In this document: one piece after another, positions 13,865-27,690 of the stretch
Position numbering within the stretch: position 1 is the first letter of the stretch
How the letters are laid out: each line of letters begins with the position of its first letter
Origin: Octopus sinensis
Lineage: Eukaryota
Direction of reading: 5' to 3'
Length of the DNA: 64,000 nt
NCBI RefSeq assembly: GCF_006345805.1
Contig: NC_043008.1
Span: forward strand, 28,210,001-28,274,000
Notes under the pieces: model-generated
Databases searched by the model: none
Seen by the model: only the letters and a program-made list of their open reading frames with translations
Told to the model about the DNA's origin: nothing
Translations under genes and position numbers: made by a program

Positions 13865-13943
13865 AGTTTCGACAAACTTTGGAAAACAAATTAATTAATT
13901 TAAATTAAATTTATTTACAACTGGCGTGTCTCGTCAGCAGAGA
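13865..13943 (-). ncRNA. Truncated family B hammerhead (lacks 3' half of stem III, cleavage site and 3' strand of stem I)
   Basis: Minus strand TCTCTG-CTGACGA-GACA...TGTC-GAAACT, then unrelated sequence. Confidence 0.75.
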
Positions 13944-14303
13944 AGCCGAGGATGAGTATATATCCACGAGGCGATGGTAAAGTAGCCTCCAGTCTATATG
14001 CTCTAAATTTTCAAAATCCACAGCCACCGCGCGGTCTTCTCAGCAGCAAATATAAACTGCCGATTTAATTTCAAAATTAGCCAAAAAATCATTAATTAAT
14101 AAATATAAGATTAGCAAAAAATTCTAGAAAAAAATTATCCCCTACCAGCGGTCTAGTGAGAGAGAAAAGATAGTCAAAGACTATATAATATACATTCAAC
14201 AATATAAGGAATGGCCATAATGGGCCATTCGGCTCACTAGAAAGAGCAGCCAAACTCAAACCGCTAAATAGTAGTAATTCTGAAATTGAAAGATAAATTG
14301 TTG

Positions 14304-14370
<67 letters not shown>

Positions 14371-14382
14371 TATATAGATAGG

Positions 14383-14422
<40 letters not shown>

Positions 14423-14454
14423 AAGAAAGATGGATAGATAGATAGTTAGATAGG

Positions 14455-14538
<84 letters not shown>

Positions 14539-14871
14539 CAGACATACAGGCATGGTTCATACATATTAGTTATTTATAGAGAATACGGGGACATATACAT
14601 AATCAATAATATATATTCATCATCAATAATATTCCTAATCCCTGGATGTGAACCTTAAGTTAATCCACTGTAAGAATTACAGCGGGATTGCAAATATCTA
14701 GCGATTAGTGACGCTTAGTATTACTTAATGCGGTTAGCGATTGCCTGGAATATACCCGACAGCTCCAACGGTAACTGCTTGGATAAGTTTATCCCTATAC
14801 ACTCAACCCCTACACAGAAACACACACAAACATATATGTACTTCATAATTTGACACTGAATTATTGGAAGT

Positions 14872-14914
14872 CCACCTGAAGATTGTCGATCAAGACAAGA
14901 AACGATTGTAGTGG
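14872..14914 (+). ncRNA. Type-I hammerhead motif, family A (predicted GUA cleavage after 14910)
   Basis: CCAC-CTGAAGA-TTGTC GATCAA GACAA-GAAA-C GATT G-TA-GTGG. Confidence 0.8.
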
Positions 14915-15250
14915 CGTTTTTTTGACTATTTATTAAAATTTTATGTATTAATTAAGTCTTTCCTTGTTTGTTTTGCAAAATAGTGGTTTTGTCTCGAATA
15001 ATATTTTATATATATATATATATATATATTAATAAATATAAGGGTAGCAAAAAATTCTAGAACAAATTATCCGCTACCACCGGTCTAGTGAGAAAGAAAA
15101 GATAGTCAAAGACTATATAATATACATTCAACAATATAAGGAATGGCCATAATAGGCCATTCGACTCACTAGAAAGAGCAGCCAAACTCAAACCGCTAAA
15201 TAGTTGTAATTCTGAAGTTGAAAGAGAAATAAAAACGTTTATCCCATTCA

Positions 15251-15345
15251 TCTCTGGACTATGCATAGTTTCGACAAACTTTGGAAAACAAATTAATTAA
15301 TTTAAATTAAATTTATTTACAACTGGCGTGTCTCGTCAGCAGAGA
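15251..15345 (-). ncRNA. Type-I hammerhead, family B, fully canonical core (predicted GUC cleavage)
   Basis: Minus strand TCTCTG-CTGACGA-GACA-[52 nt]-TGTC-GAAA-CTATGCATAG-TC-CAGAGA. Stem III is the perfect palindrome ACTATGCATAGT. Confidence 0.9.
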
Positions 15346-15702
15346 AGCCGAGGATGAGTATATATCCACGAGGCGATGGTAAGTAGCCTCCAGTCTATAT
15401 GCTCTAAATTTTCAAAATCCACAGCCACCGCGCGGTCTTCTCAGCAGCAAATATAAACTGCCGATTTAATTTCAAAATTAGCCAAAAAATCATTAATTAT
15501 AAATATAAGATTAGCAAAAAATTCTAGAAAAAAATTATCCCCTACCAGCGGTCTAGTGAGAGAGAAAAGATAGTCAAAGACTATATAATATACATTCAAC
15601 AATATAAGGAATGGCCATAATGGGCCATTCGGCTCACTAGAAAGAGCAGCCAAACTCAAACCGCTAAATAGTAGTAATTCTGAAATTGAAGATAAATTGT
15701 TG

Positions 15703-15772
<70 letters not shown>

Positions 15773-15856
15773 TAGGTAGATAGATAGATAGATAAATAGA
15801 TAGATAGATAGATAGATAGATAGAAAGAAAGATGGATAGATAGATAGTTAGATAGG

Positions 15857-15920
<64 letters not shown>

Positions 15921-16292
15921 AAGAAAGATGGATAGATAGATAGTAGATAGATAGATAGACAGACATACAGGCATGGTTCATACATATTAGTTATTTATAG
16001 AGAATACGGGGACATATACATAATCAATAATATATATTCATCATCAATAATATTCCTAATCCCTGGATGTGAACCTTAAGTTAATCCACTGTAAGAATTA
16101 CAGCGGGATTGCAAATATCTAGCGATTAGTGACGCTTAGTATTACTTAATGCGGTTAGCGATTGCCTGGAATATACCCGACAGCTCCAACGGTAACTGCT
16201 TGGATAAGTTTATCCCTATACACTCAACCCCTACACAGAAACACACACAAACATATATGTACTTCATAATTTGACACTGAATTATTGGAAGT

Positions 16293-16335
16293 CCACCTGA
16301 AGATTGTCGATCAAGACAAGAAACGATTGTAGTGG
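16293..16335 (+). ncRNA. Type-I hammerhead motif, family A
   Basis: Identical to 14872-14914. Confidence 0.8.
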
Positions 16336-16668
16336 CGTTTTTTTGACTATTTATTAAAATTTTATGTATTAATTAAGTCTTCCTTGTTTGTTTTGCAAAA
16401 TAGTGGTTTTGTCTCGAATAATATTTTATATATATATATATATATATATAATAAATATAGGGTAGCAAAAAATTCTAGAACAAATTATCCGCTACCACCG
16501 GTCTAGTGAGAAAGAAAAGATAGTCAAAGACTATATAATATACATTCAACAATATAAGGAATGGCCATAATAGGCCATTCGACTCACTAGAAAGAGCAGC
16601 CAAACTCAAACCGCTAAATAGTTGTAATTCTGAAGTTGAAAGAGAAATAAAAACGTTTATCCCATTCA

Positions 16669-16763
16669 TCTCTGGACTATGCATAGTTTCGACAAACTTT
16701 GGAAAACAAATTAATTAATTTAAATTAAATTTATTTACAACTGGCGTGTCTCGTCAGCAGAGA
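16669..16763 (-). ncRNA. Type-I hammerhead, family B, canonical core
   Basis: Identical to 15251-15345. Confidence 0.9.
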
Positions 16764-17121
16764 AGCCGAGGATGAGTATATATCCACGAGGCGATGGTAA
16801 AGTAGCCTCCAGTCTATATGCTCTAAATTTTCAAAATCCACAGCCACCGCGCGGTCTTCTCAGCAGCAAATATAAACTGCCGATTTAATTTCAAAATTAG
16901 CCAAAAAATCATTAATTAATAAATATAAGATTAGCAAAAAATTCTAGAAAAAAATTATCCCCTACCAGCGGTCTAGTGAGAGAGAAAAGATAGTCAAAGA
17001 CTATATAATATACATTCAACAATATAAGGAATGGCCATAATGGGCCATTCGGCTCACTAGAAAGAGCAGCCAAACTCAAACCGCTAAATAGTAGTAATTC
17101 TGAAATTGAAAGATAAATTGT

Positions 17122-17242
<121 letters not shown>

Positions 17243-18419
17243 GATAGATAGATAGAAAGAAAGATGGATAGATAGATAGTTAGATAGGTAGATAGATAGA
17301 TAGATAGATAGTTAGATAGATAGATAGATAGATAGATAGACAGACATACAGGCATGGTTCATACATATTAGTTATTTATAGAGAATACGGGGACATATAC
17401 ATAATCAATAATATATATTCATCATCAATAATATTCCTAATCCCTGGATGTGAACCTTAAGTTAATCCACTGTAAGAATTACAGCGGGATTGCAAATATC
17501 TAGCGATTAGTGACGCTTAGTATTACTTAATGCGGTTAGCGATTGCCTGGAATATACCCGACAGCTCCAACGGTAACTGCTTGGATAAGTTTATCCCTAT
17601 ACACTCAACCCCTACACAGAAGCACACACAAACATATATGTACTTACTCACTAAGAAATATTATGAAAAGCTCCATAAAACAAAAATCAGGAAATTGAAT
17701 TTTGTATATGCAGTATTATTTTACACATGCCACATCTGTTGATACAATTAATGGAAGAAATCATTCCTTTAAATTTGTCAACAACAGAAGGAGCATCTAG
17801 GAAATGGCAAATATATGTACACTTTTATTTCCTATCATGCAAAATTTCAAACTTAAAACGGAACGATGCATTTAAATTCAATTTCTACCCTTCAGCAAAC
17901 ACGCCCTAGTTCTGCAAGGTATTTTTCCATTTCCGCTTGCAATTATTTTCAAAGATTAATCAAACGTGACATTTACAGTAAATGCATAGTTAAATGTATA
18001 GTTAAATACGTAGTTAAGACATGTGTACATCAAAGAATTACAACCTTGAAATCAGATAAAATGTAATTTTTATATTTTCATATGTTAAGACTTTTATTTA
18101 CATTGATATATGATTTTGAAAAAAAATGCACGTTATGATAGACAACTGAATTAAAGTTGGGGAATTTTTATCTTCTATTCTATCAAATTCAGCTTCTCAT
18201 TCGCAAGAAAATAAACACGCAGACACACATATCATCAACTTATGAAAATCCTAGCTCCCATTCACATATCGGAATATAGTATACGCATGTACAAAAGCAA
18301 AATTTGTATATAGCTCCAGGTGCTATGAGTAACGCGAAAATAGCCCATTTCTTACATGTTGTTATGTTTGTACTTAGATAAACGTAGGCATATGCGTATG
18401 TATATATATATATATATAA

Positions 18420-18665
18420 ATCTTAGGATGGCAGGAAAATTTAGAAAATGTCTTTGCTACCAGTGGTCTAGCGAGAAGAAAAAGCTAGTCAATAGACTAT
18501 ATATTTTTCATATTAAAATACAGTGTACATTTAAGCACATAAGTGATGGCCATAACAGGACATCTATTACAACTATTATAGGGTTGTAGTTTAACTACTT
18601 TTTTCTAGCGAGTCAGATGTCCTGTTATGGACATCTATTATGTGTTTAAATGTACACTGTATTTT
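18420..18665. repeat. Diverged family B-related fragment with a 51-bp fold-back inverted repeat
   Basis: gctaccagtggtctagcgag...gctagtcaatagactata resembles 15073-15125. Arms 18515-18565 and 18615-18665 have 4 mismatches. Confidence 0.7.
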
Positions 18666-18722
18666 TATATACAAATATATACATACATACATATATTTAT
18701 ATATATATATAAGTATATATAT

Positions 18723-18774
<52 letters not shown>

Positions 18775-18982
18775 CAAAATAAGCAACAAGGATATCCAGA
18801 AGTGATACAGTACGATCTTTTCACGCAACACCATTTCATTGAACAATGCAACCCTTATATTAATTGTTGGGGCTAAATAGCAGTAGCATTCTTCCCCTTC
18901 CTGTGACTGCCACATTACGTTGGCACCAAACAATCATTTTATCGTACTGCTACTGCATAACTCTCTAAGAGATTTAGAAATG

Positions 18983-19077
<95 letters not shown>

Positions 19078-20221
19078 CGATTTTGATAAGGATAATGTTA
19101 TAAGAGAAATAATTGCCAGTGCAACTGCCTAAATCTTGAATCCAACACTAGGAGAGTTAAATATTCTCTTCCTTATATCACAATTATTAACAAGGTTACA
19201 CCGAAATATAATACACGTAGGAACGGTTGAGTAATGCAAAATGTATTTTTGATAATATTGAAAAGATTGTCTATAGGCACTTTTAGAGATGTTACTCGGC
19301 TGCCAAATTGTTTGGGCCCTATAATCAAATTACTATAATATTTGTTTGGGCTATTTCACAAGGCAAATAACTAACATATACTCTCTTAAAGATACATAAC
19401 TGTACTCCATACAAAGTAAGTGGAGTAACATTGTCGCCGGTTCGCATACAGGAGGGTATATGGATGGCAGTCATGATATTTGCAAATGAATTAATCTTTT
19501 AGGTGATTCTATTGACCATTGACGAAATGAATATAGATATTAGCAACGACTGAAATATATATTTTAGAGGGCATTTAATATATTTTCTGCAAATAGAAAC
19601 TTGAAAGTGAAGAAAGCATTTGAGTAATTAAGTATATGAATATAGTAAGGGAAAGCACACTGAAAATATTAAACAAACTTTCGATTGAATATAACAACTA
19701 TATAAGTTAATATGACGAAAGGGGAGTGAAATAGGATACAAATATTACTAATGCTAAAAGGAGCAATGAGTGGGATATATTATACGAAGTCCAAGTGAAC
19801 TAAGATTTAAAGTTATTTATGAAAACCTAAATATTATTATTAGCGTAGAATTTCTCCAGGAAAAACTTTTACTGCCTTCAAGGAGAGCAATTTTAGTTTT
19901 GTAACCAACAGTATGTGTTGTGAGAAATAATGTGAAATATTAAAAACACTAACCTATTTAGCGTAAAAATGTTATTTAGTTCACGTTAGCTGAAGTTGAC
20001 CGAATCTGAAATAATAGATCGCATCTAATAAAGCTCTGGGTATTCCTGCGATATTTTCCAACACATCAATCAATGACGTGGGTGCTGGTATTTTACTTCT
20101 CAATAGAAAACAATTACTGTTTTGAAGAATAAAAGCAAGATCAGGTAAAACATGATTGAATTTGGATCGTATGTACGAACCGCACATCGATTATTATAGT
20201 TGCATATATACTTTTAATTTT

Positions 20222-20440
20222 TATTTATTTATTTATTTCAGTCAATTGACAGCGGGTGAGCTTGAGCACCGATTTGAAGGGTTTTATTCGAAGAACTCGA
20301 CCCCAGGACATATTCTCTTTAAAGCCTAGGACTTATTGTATCCTTCTGTTTTTGCCGAACGCTAAGTTACAAGGAACGAAACACATCAGCACCGTTTGTC
20401 AAACGATATGAGAGGGGGACAACATAAACACAATGACACA
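20222..20440 (-). mobile_element. Octopus-type tRNA-SINE, 3' half
   Basis: Similar to 27170-27400 (tttcagtca..., tcgaccccaggac..., tttgccgaacgctaagttac..., tgtcaaacga). Confidence 0.7.
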
Positions 20441-20697
20441 GGCATATATATATATATGTATGGATGCTTGTAAATATTTTCATATATTTGTGTGTGAATG
20501 CATATGGCGTACGTGTGCATGTATATGTGTGTGTGTGTGTGATTGTGTGCGTATGTGTTTGTGTGTGTGTGGCCTGTATGTATATACATTATTTTTTCCC
20601 CATCCATTAAAAATTTTCTAAATATTATGTCATGGTGAAATCTTTATAAATATAGATATATTATAAATCATACCGTGTAATATATATACATACATAC

Positions 20698-20788
<91 letters not shown>

Positions 20789-22324
20789 ATATATATTGTG
20801 TTGTCTTTTTATGAGAAATCAATATTTTTTAAGTAGTTTATACTTATTTTCTGGGTTTCGATGCTGAATTCGTTAAACACTTCACTCGCTTTGTGTATCG
20901 TTCCTCTATATTTGAATGAACCCTTTAACAGCCATTTATTTAGTACTTTTTAAAGATATACTATACTAGAAATGAGAAATATGTTTTTACCATATCCAGC
21001 TTTCTAAGTGCGGAATATTTTTTTACGTAATTTTATTGTCTGTTCATCAAATAAGACTATTTCTTTTTCTAATAATATATGGTGTACAATATTATATATA
21101 ATGTTATGCAATTGAATATAGTTAGATGAAAAGCATATATTCACACATTTTAAAGTATTTTTATTTATTTATAGGTAAGGCGTTATATGTAACTAGATAT
21201 GTAATTTGTAGACGCATATATCAGGAAGAAAATAATTTTGAATACATCCGTTAAGCATATATATTTGCATAGTCAAAGTAATTTTGTTGAGGAAATCGTT
21301 TAAAATGATATAAAAATAATAAATGATCTAGTCTTGCATTTCATTCACTTTCTGTACCTTTAGAATATTAAATTCGTTTAACAGAATGAATGAATGAGTT
21401 CAATCCGATACTTTTTTTGTTATTTCTGAGTTAAGTGTAAGTAGTATAAACGTAACGTTTATTTTGGAGAGCATTATTGACCCTGTGAAATATAGTATAT
21501 ACATAAACATATGGTATATTGATATACAGAAATAGTGCTCAGACTCTATAAATATATGTGTATTGAAATCAAGTGTTGAAACTTTTTACATCGCTGAGCT
21601 CAGATATATTAATACTTGACTATAATATTCTATACGTTTCGTTTACATAGAGGTAGAGTTTGATAAAACGATTGTTCAGGGTAAATATTTATACGAATCA
21701 AAGCAAATATCTCGCTGTTATACCAACGTTTCATTCTAGGAACAATAACTCAGGTTATAGTAAACACAAAACACCGTCATCCATATAATTACTAATTAAT
21801 GATTACTAATTGAAATATCGCCATAATTTAATTCTCTTCCTTGTTTATCCATCTCCTTAAACGTTTACAATCATGAATTCTTATGTACAGAGGACATATT
21901 TATACCGTTGCGTCTAATGTTAATTTAATTCTAAAAACATGCTGGACAGAGAGTGAAATAATAAAATAACAATGTAGGCTTGTTTTCTCTTATTCTTCTA
22001 ATACAAATATACAAAACATGTTGATGCTTAACACTTCGTGTGTATGGTTTCACTTTTGTTAATTCCTATTCTTTACTCTTTTGTTACACTTAATATAGCT
22101 GGTAAATATACATTCTTAACTCTCAATTTTGAGCATTTTATACATTTGCGAGTCATATTATCACGTTAAAATATTTGTTGATTTTGTTTATTATTGAAGC
22201 ATGGCAGAAAATATTATTATTACCATGCAAAACCAATTTCTAACCTCATAAATTCGGCGTATGAACACCGAATTATCAATTTCATATATAACCTTTTCTA
22301 TTTAAGATACAAGAAATTTTGGGG

Positions 22325-22672
22325 GAAGGGCCCAGTCAATTAGATCGACTCTAGTACGCAACTGATTCTTAATCTATCGACCCCGAAAGAATGAAAGGCA
22401 AAGTCGATCCATGCGGAATTTGAACTCAGAAAGTAAAGACAGACGAAATACCTATTTCTATTTCTTTACTACCCACAAGTGGCTAAACACAGAGAGGACA
22501 AACAAGGACAGACAAACGGATTAAGTTGATTACATCGACCGCAGTGCGTAACTGGTACTTATTTAATCGACCCCGAAAAGATGAAAGGCAAAGTCGACCT
22601 CGGTAGAATTTGAACTCAGAACGTAGCGGCAGACAAAATACCGCTAAGCGTTTCGCCCGGCGTGCTAACGTG
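22325..22672 (-). mobile_element. Two stacked partial copies of a second tRNA-SINE family (OK-like, name from recall)
   Basis: atcgaccccgaaagaatgaaaggcaaagtcga...aatttgaactcagaa occurs twice; same family at 56545-57135. Confidence 0.75.
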
Positions 22673-23039
22673 TTTGCTTTGTGTATTTTTTTTAAGACGT
22701 ACCCATAAAGTAATACATGTATTTAAAATAACAATTTCACAGAACAATGCTGCATAGCGTTTTGTCTATTCTTCTACACAAGCATATATTCGTTTATAGG
22801 ATATATAGTTATCTATATGTTGATTTGTGTGCAATGCGTCAACACTAAGACAAAGGTGAATACAGAAAACCGCTCGCGGGCATTCATGTGTTTCTTTTCT
22901 ATTCGTAAAGGACGCGATTGTGTACGTCATAGCCCTCAATATATTAATAACGTCCTTTTTCAGAAATATAGCAAAATTACTCCATTTTTCTCAGTCGATT
23001 GCGATAAGATACATTCTTAATTATATATTATATTAACAT

Positions 23040-26000
23040 ACATTGTCCTGGGTATGAGTTGTCCTGGATATGACTCTAAACTACATCCGGTAGTAGGACA
23101 CTGGGGCCCTGGTTTCAGAGTTTGAGGATTGTGGAACCACTATTGTTCCCAGGTTTACCTATAAGGTCCCAACTATGAGTTAACTAGCAAACCCAACTAC
23201 AGTTACCGTATTCCTTGCGTGGCGACTAAAAGGGTCAGGTATAAAGGAACTGGGAATTCACTTCTCCCAGTAAAAAGTTGCTAAAATGACAACAAGAAAG
23301 GGGTTTGGAGAACGTTAGCACCAAATCCCACCCTAGTACTACGGTCACGGAATGTGTGTGGGTGCAGTACAAGTGAGCTAAAGAGGAGAGAGATAGGGAG
23401 TGTGATGATGATGAGAAGGATAGATGTGCTTGCACTAAGCGAAACTAAGATGAAAGATAAGAGAGAATACCAGTTTCGTGATGTAACTGGACGAGTATCG
23501 GGAACGGAGGGGTGATCGTAAGGGAGTGGCATTGCTGGTGAGTTAGCGTGTGCAGGAGAGTGCGGTGGATTGGGGGAATTGCCTTCAAGGTTAATGCGGG
23601 TTAAGATGAGGTGGGGAGGAGAGCAGTGAATGTTTTTTAGTGCATATGATCCATGGAGTGAAAGGAACTGACAGAGTGTGTCGATAGGCTGGGGAAACGT
23701 GGCTAAGCGGTGATGCCGGGTGATTTCAATGCGCGAGTGGGAAATAAGAAAGAAGAAAATGTAGCGGGAAGATGTGGAGTACCTTGTCGGAATGAGAATG
23801 GAGGGAGGTTGTTGGAAATGTGTATGGAGCTGGAGTTGATGGTGGGGAATAGTCATTTTAAAAAGTGGGAGGAAAACAAGTTCATTTGGTGGAAGGTGGA
23901 GGGAGGAACAGCAGTGGATAGGGCCTTGATGGATTATGTATTGATTAATAAGAGAGTGGTCGGAAGGTTTGTAGATGTGCATGTCATGAGAGGTTAGGAT
24001 GGAGGAGTGTCAGATCACTGCTTAGTACAGGGTAAATTCAAGGTGTGCTCAAAATGGAATACTAGATGAGTGGCAGGGATGAGAGAGGTTGTGAAGGAGA
24101 GTGAACTTAATTGGAGAGAGAAGGAGATGGAGTGTGTGGAGAAATTAGAGAGGTGAATATAAACAGATTAGGAAAAGGGAGATAGGAGATGTGGAGGAGA
24201 CGTGGAGACCTTTAGAGAGGCAGTAATTAGATGTGCCTCTGAGGCATGTTATACACAAGTGGTTGGATGGGCCTTTGAAGAGTAGTTGCAGAAAAGGGAT
24301 GGAGAGACTTATGATCGTTACAGAGAAGTGAAGAGGAGAGTGTAGGGAGATGTGAAGGTGGCGAAATGGGAGGCGAGTGAAAAGTTCGGGAAAAAGTTGA
24401 GTTAACATTTTGTAATGAATAAAAAGATGTTTTCAGAAAGAAGTACAGAGCGTAAGAGATACATAGGTAAGAGGTACAGAGGGTAAATAATGTGGTTGGA
24501 GGATTAGAAGAAGGGGTAAAGGATAGAAACGGTAATTTGTTGAAAGGAAGTGAGGATAACAAAAAAGATGAGCAGAGTATGTTAGTGAGCTGTTAAATTA
24601 TAGGGATGCAAGTATAACGGCTGTAGAAAGAAAGAGGGGGATGTCTGTTGATGGGTGGGGAATGTAACTACGGATCAACTGAAAAGGAGAAGGTGAGGGA
24701 ATATTTGCGGAAGATACCAAACCGGAAGGAGCTAGGCATAGATAGGTGTACAGTGGAATGCCTAAAGAAAGGAGGAGTGACAGTGATTGAAAGGTTAGTG
24801 AAGCTTGTGAATGATTCTAATATGGATGAAGGAGTACTAAAGAACTGATGCAGTGCCTGTATATTGCCACTGTACAAGGGAAAAAGGGGATTAATGTGAG
24901 TGTGAAAATTTTAGGGGTATAAGTCTGTTACGTATCGTTGGTAAAATGCAAGGGAGAATTCTGATTGTAAGGGTGAGGAACAAGATAGAGAATGTACTAG
25001 GGGAGGAACAGAGTGGGAGTGGGATGTACAGATTAGAAAATTGTAGTAAGGTAGATGTGTGAGAAGTTTTGGAGAAAAGGGAGGGATATATATTGGGCCT
25101 TTATGGCTCAAGAGAAGGCATACGACAATGTGGATAGGTATGCAATGTGGTTGTAGGGAGTAGATGGTAGATTGTTGAGAGCTGTATGGTTTCTATAGAG
25201 AAAGCAAGCGTACACTAGGCTGGATAGTGAAATAAGTGAGTGGTTTGATGTGAAATGATTAATACAGGGTTGTGTGATGTCTCTGTGGCTGTTTAATCTA
25301 TAAATGAGTGGTGTGGTGAGAGAGGTGTATGCTAGAACCTTTGTTAGGGGAGCCCGAATGGTGGGAGAAAATAGAGAGAAATGGCAGGTGATGATACAAC
25401 ATTGGTGGCGGATTCGGAAGAGCAAATGAGAAGATTGGTGGCAGAGTTTGAAAGAGTGTGTGAGAGGAGGAAACTGAAAGTGAATGTAGTTAAGAGTAGG
25501 GTGATGAGAAGTTCGAGAAATGGAATGGCTGGTCGGATGAATGTGAGTATAAATGGAGAAATGTTACAGGAAGTGAGTGTTTTGAAGTATCTGGAATCAC
25601 ATGACGGCTGGGGAAGTGGGATATAGAGTGAAGGAGAGGAGTAAGATACTTGGAGTTGTGAAAGGTATGTTAAGAGATGAAAGGTTGAGTACGAAAGCGA
25701 AAAAGGTGTGTATGAGGACGTGATTGTGACGATAATGTTATATGGGGCAGAGACGTGGGGTCTGAAAGAGGCGAAAAAGAGGTGACTAGATGTGTTTGAG
25801 ATGAGATATTTGAGGGCTGTGGTTGGTGTGACAGGGATGGACAGGATTCGGAATGAGAGATGGGAAGGCGAGCAGGAATGAGAGAAAATCTATATCGCAG
25901 AATGTATAGACAACTGTTGTGTGGATGGAAGGAGTGAGGAGAGCTTTGGTGATTATAGGTGTTGGAGTGAGCGAGTCAAGAGATTTTATTAATCAGAGGA

Positions 26001-26260
26001 AAACTTGGAAAGTACTTTTGGACGGACGAGTGAATTGATGCTGCTCAAAGGGGTACGGAACCATCATGATTCGGCGGGGGTAAACCAGCATATGCTGCTC
26101 GGCCCCACTGCTGATATCGGAGGTTGCATTCTATGCTTTGACCCGAACAAAGGATGGAGCTTGCCCCTTTGAGCTGGCAAATGAATAGAATGCCTGGTGT
26201 GTGTCTAGTTGCTATCCCCTCCTATAGGGAATTTAGAACTTGGTAAATAAAAGAAAAGCA
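23040..26260 (+). mobile_element. Near full-length decayed RTE-type LINE
   Basis: GDFNARVG, RNENGGRLLEMC, RALMDYVLI, SDHCLV (endonuclease). IQGCVMSLWLFNL, AGDDTTLVADSEEQMRRLVAEFERVCERRKLKVNVVKSRVM (RT). LYGAETWGL. Frameshifts and stops. Confidence 0.9.
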
Positions 26261-27169
26261 ACATTGCCCACAGTATACATAATTATTCGCACTTTTATAT
26301 TTTAATGAGTGTTTTGTCACTTCTGAAACTGTCAGAAAGTGATCCCACTTCATATGGTACTTCAATTGTTACTGCAGAGTACTAGACCTATGTTACATAT
26401 ATATGTTTTGTCAAAACTATTTTACTTAACACTTTTGAGGCGACGTTACACTGCATATAAATAATCGAGTGTGTTTAAATGCAACAACATTTTTAAAAAA
26501 CCTTATATTTATAGCAGTCCTTCTGACATGGTTACCAAAATCCACACATAAATGTCTTATAAAACTTATATTGGACAAAAGAATGTTTTCATTTCTCTGT
26601 ACATAATGTAACTAGTTCCTGTATTATTCACAGGCTTTACAATATATCGAACCGTCACTACATCCACTGAGTGATTTCATCATCTTAGTTGAACTAGGCA
26701 ACCGTTTACAGATTCTAGGCTACATCCGTAGCAACGGCAAACAGTTTCTCATGTACTGCTATAACCAATATTTTAATTAATTTGCTATTTATCTAAACAA
26801 ATATGACGCAGAATATTCTCAAGAAAATATATAAATCCAAAAACATATTCTATTAAATCCATTGCAAAAATTTTATAGAATACGATATCATTCTAGCGAG
26901 TAAACAGATTAAGACAGAAAGGTTTACTTTCTTTACAAATGAACGTTTCAGTAGAGCTTATACTAATGATCAAATGATTCGCTTTGTTAATTTTGTTTTG
27001 GCATTCAGTTACGGAAATGATGCTTGCAAGCCCTTCTCATAGACAATACCTATTACGGTGAATATCATTTCAACGAATTTATTTCCAATGCATTACGTTT
27101 GTGAGGCGTTGCAGAAGATATGAAACTTAGGTGTGCTACGACAAATTTAAATACGTCTCGACGATATTC

Positions 27170-27690
27170 TTTTATTCTTTTACTCTTTGACTTTTTCCAG
27201 TCATTTCACTGCGACCATGCTGGAGCACAGCCCGAAAAGGTTTTAGTCGAATGAATCGATCCCAAAACTTATTATTTCTCAGACTAGCACTTATTCTATA
27301 TACACTTTTGCCGAACAGCTAGGTTACGAGGACGTAAACACACCGACATCGGTTGTCAAACGAAGAGGGAGGGCAGACGCAGAGACAAAGACACACACAC
27401 GCTCACACACACATACACACTCAAATAAATATGTAAGTATATATATATATATGTGTGTGTATGTGTGTAAGTGTATATATATATATATATATATCAATAT
27501 ATATACACGCATATATACAGGATGGACTTCTTTCAGTTTCCGACTACCAAATCTACTCGCAAGGCTTTGTTCGGCCGATGGATATATTAGAAGCCACTCG
27601 CTCAAGGTGCCACGCAGTGGACTGAACCCGGAAGCCTGTGGCTGGGAGGAAATTTTTTACAGTTATGCGAGCGCCTTTTAACGCCACGCC
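27170..27690 (-). mobile_element. Full-length octopus-type tRNA-SINE with internal (TA/TG) microsatellite
   Basis: Head (minus strand: ...cgggttcagtccactgcgtggcaccttgagcgagtg...ggaaactgaaagaagtcc), central microsatellite 27400-27518, 3' half and (aaagagta)-like tail at 27170-27195. Confidence 0.8.

Noticed and set aside
21715-21770. Minus-strand CTGAGTTA...GAAACGTT HHR-like string
   Set aside because: Core has the wrong length and both stems are mismatched; could be chance in AT-rich DNA
23040-23230. Possible HDV-like ribozyme at the RTE 5' end (and at about 13200-13320)
   Set aside because: Some RTE elements have them, but I could not build the nested double pseudoknot by eye; needs an RNAMotif/Infernal search
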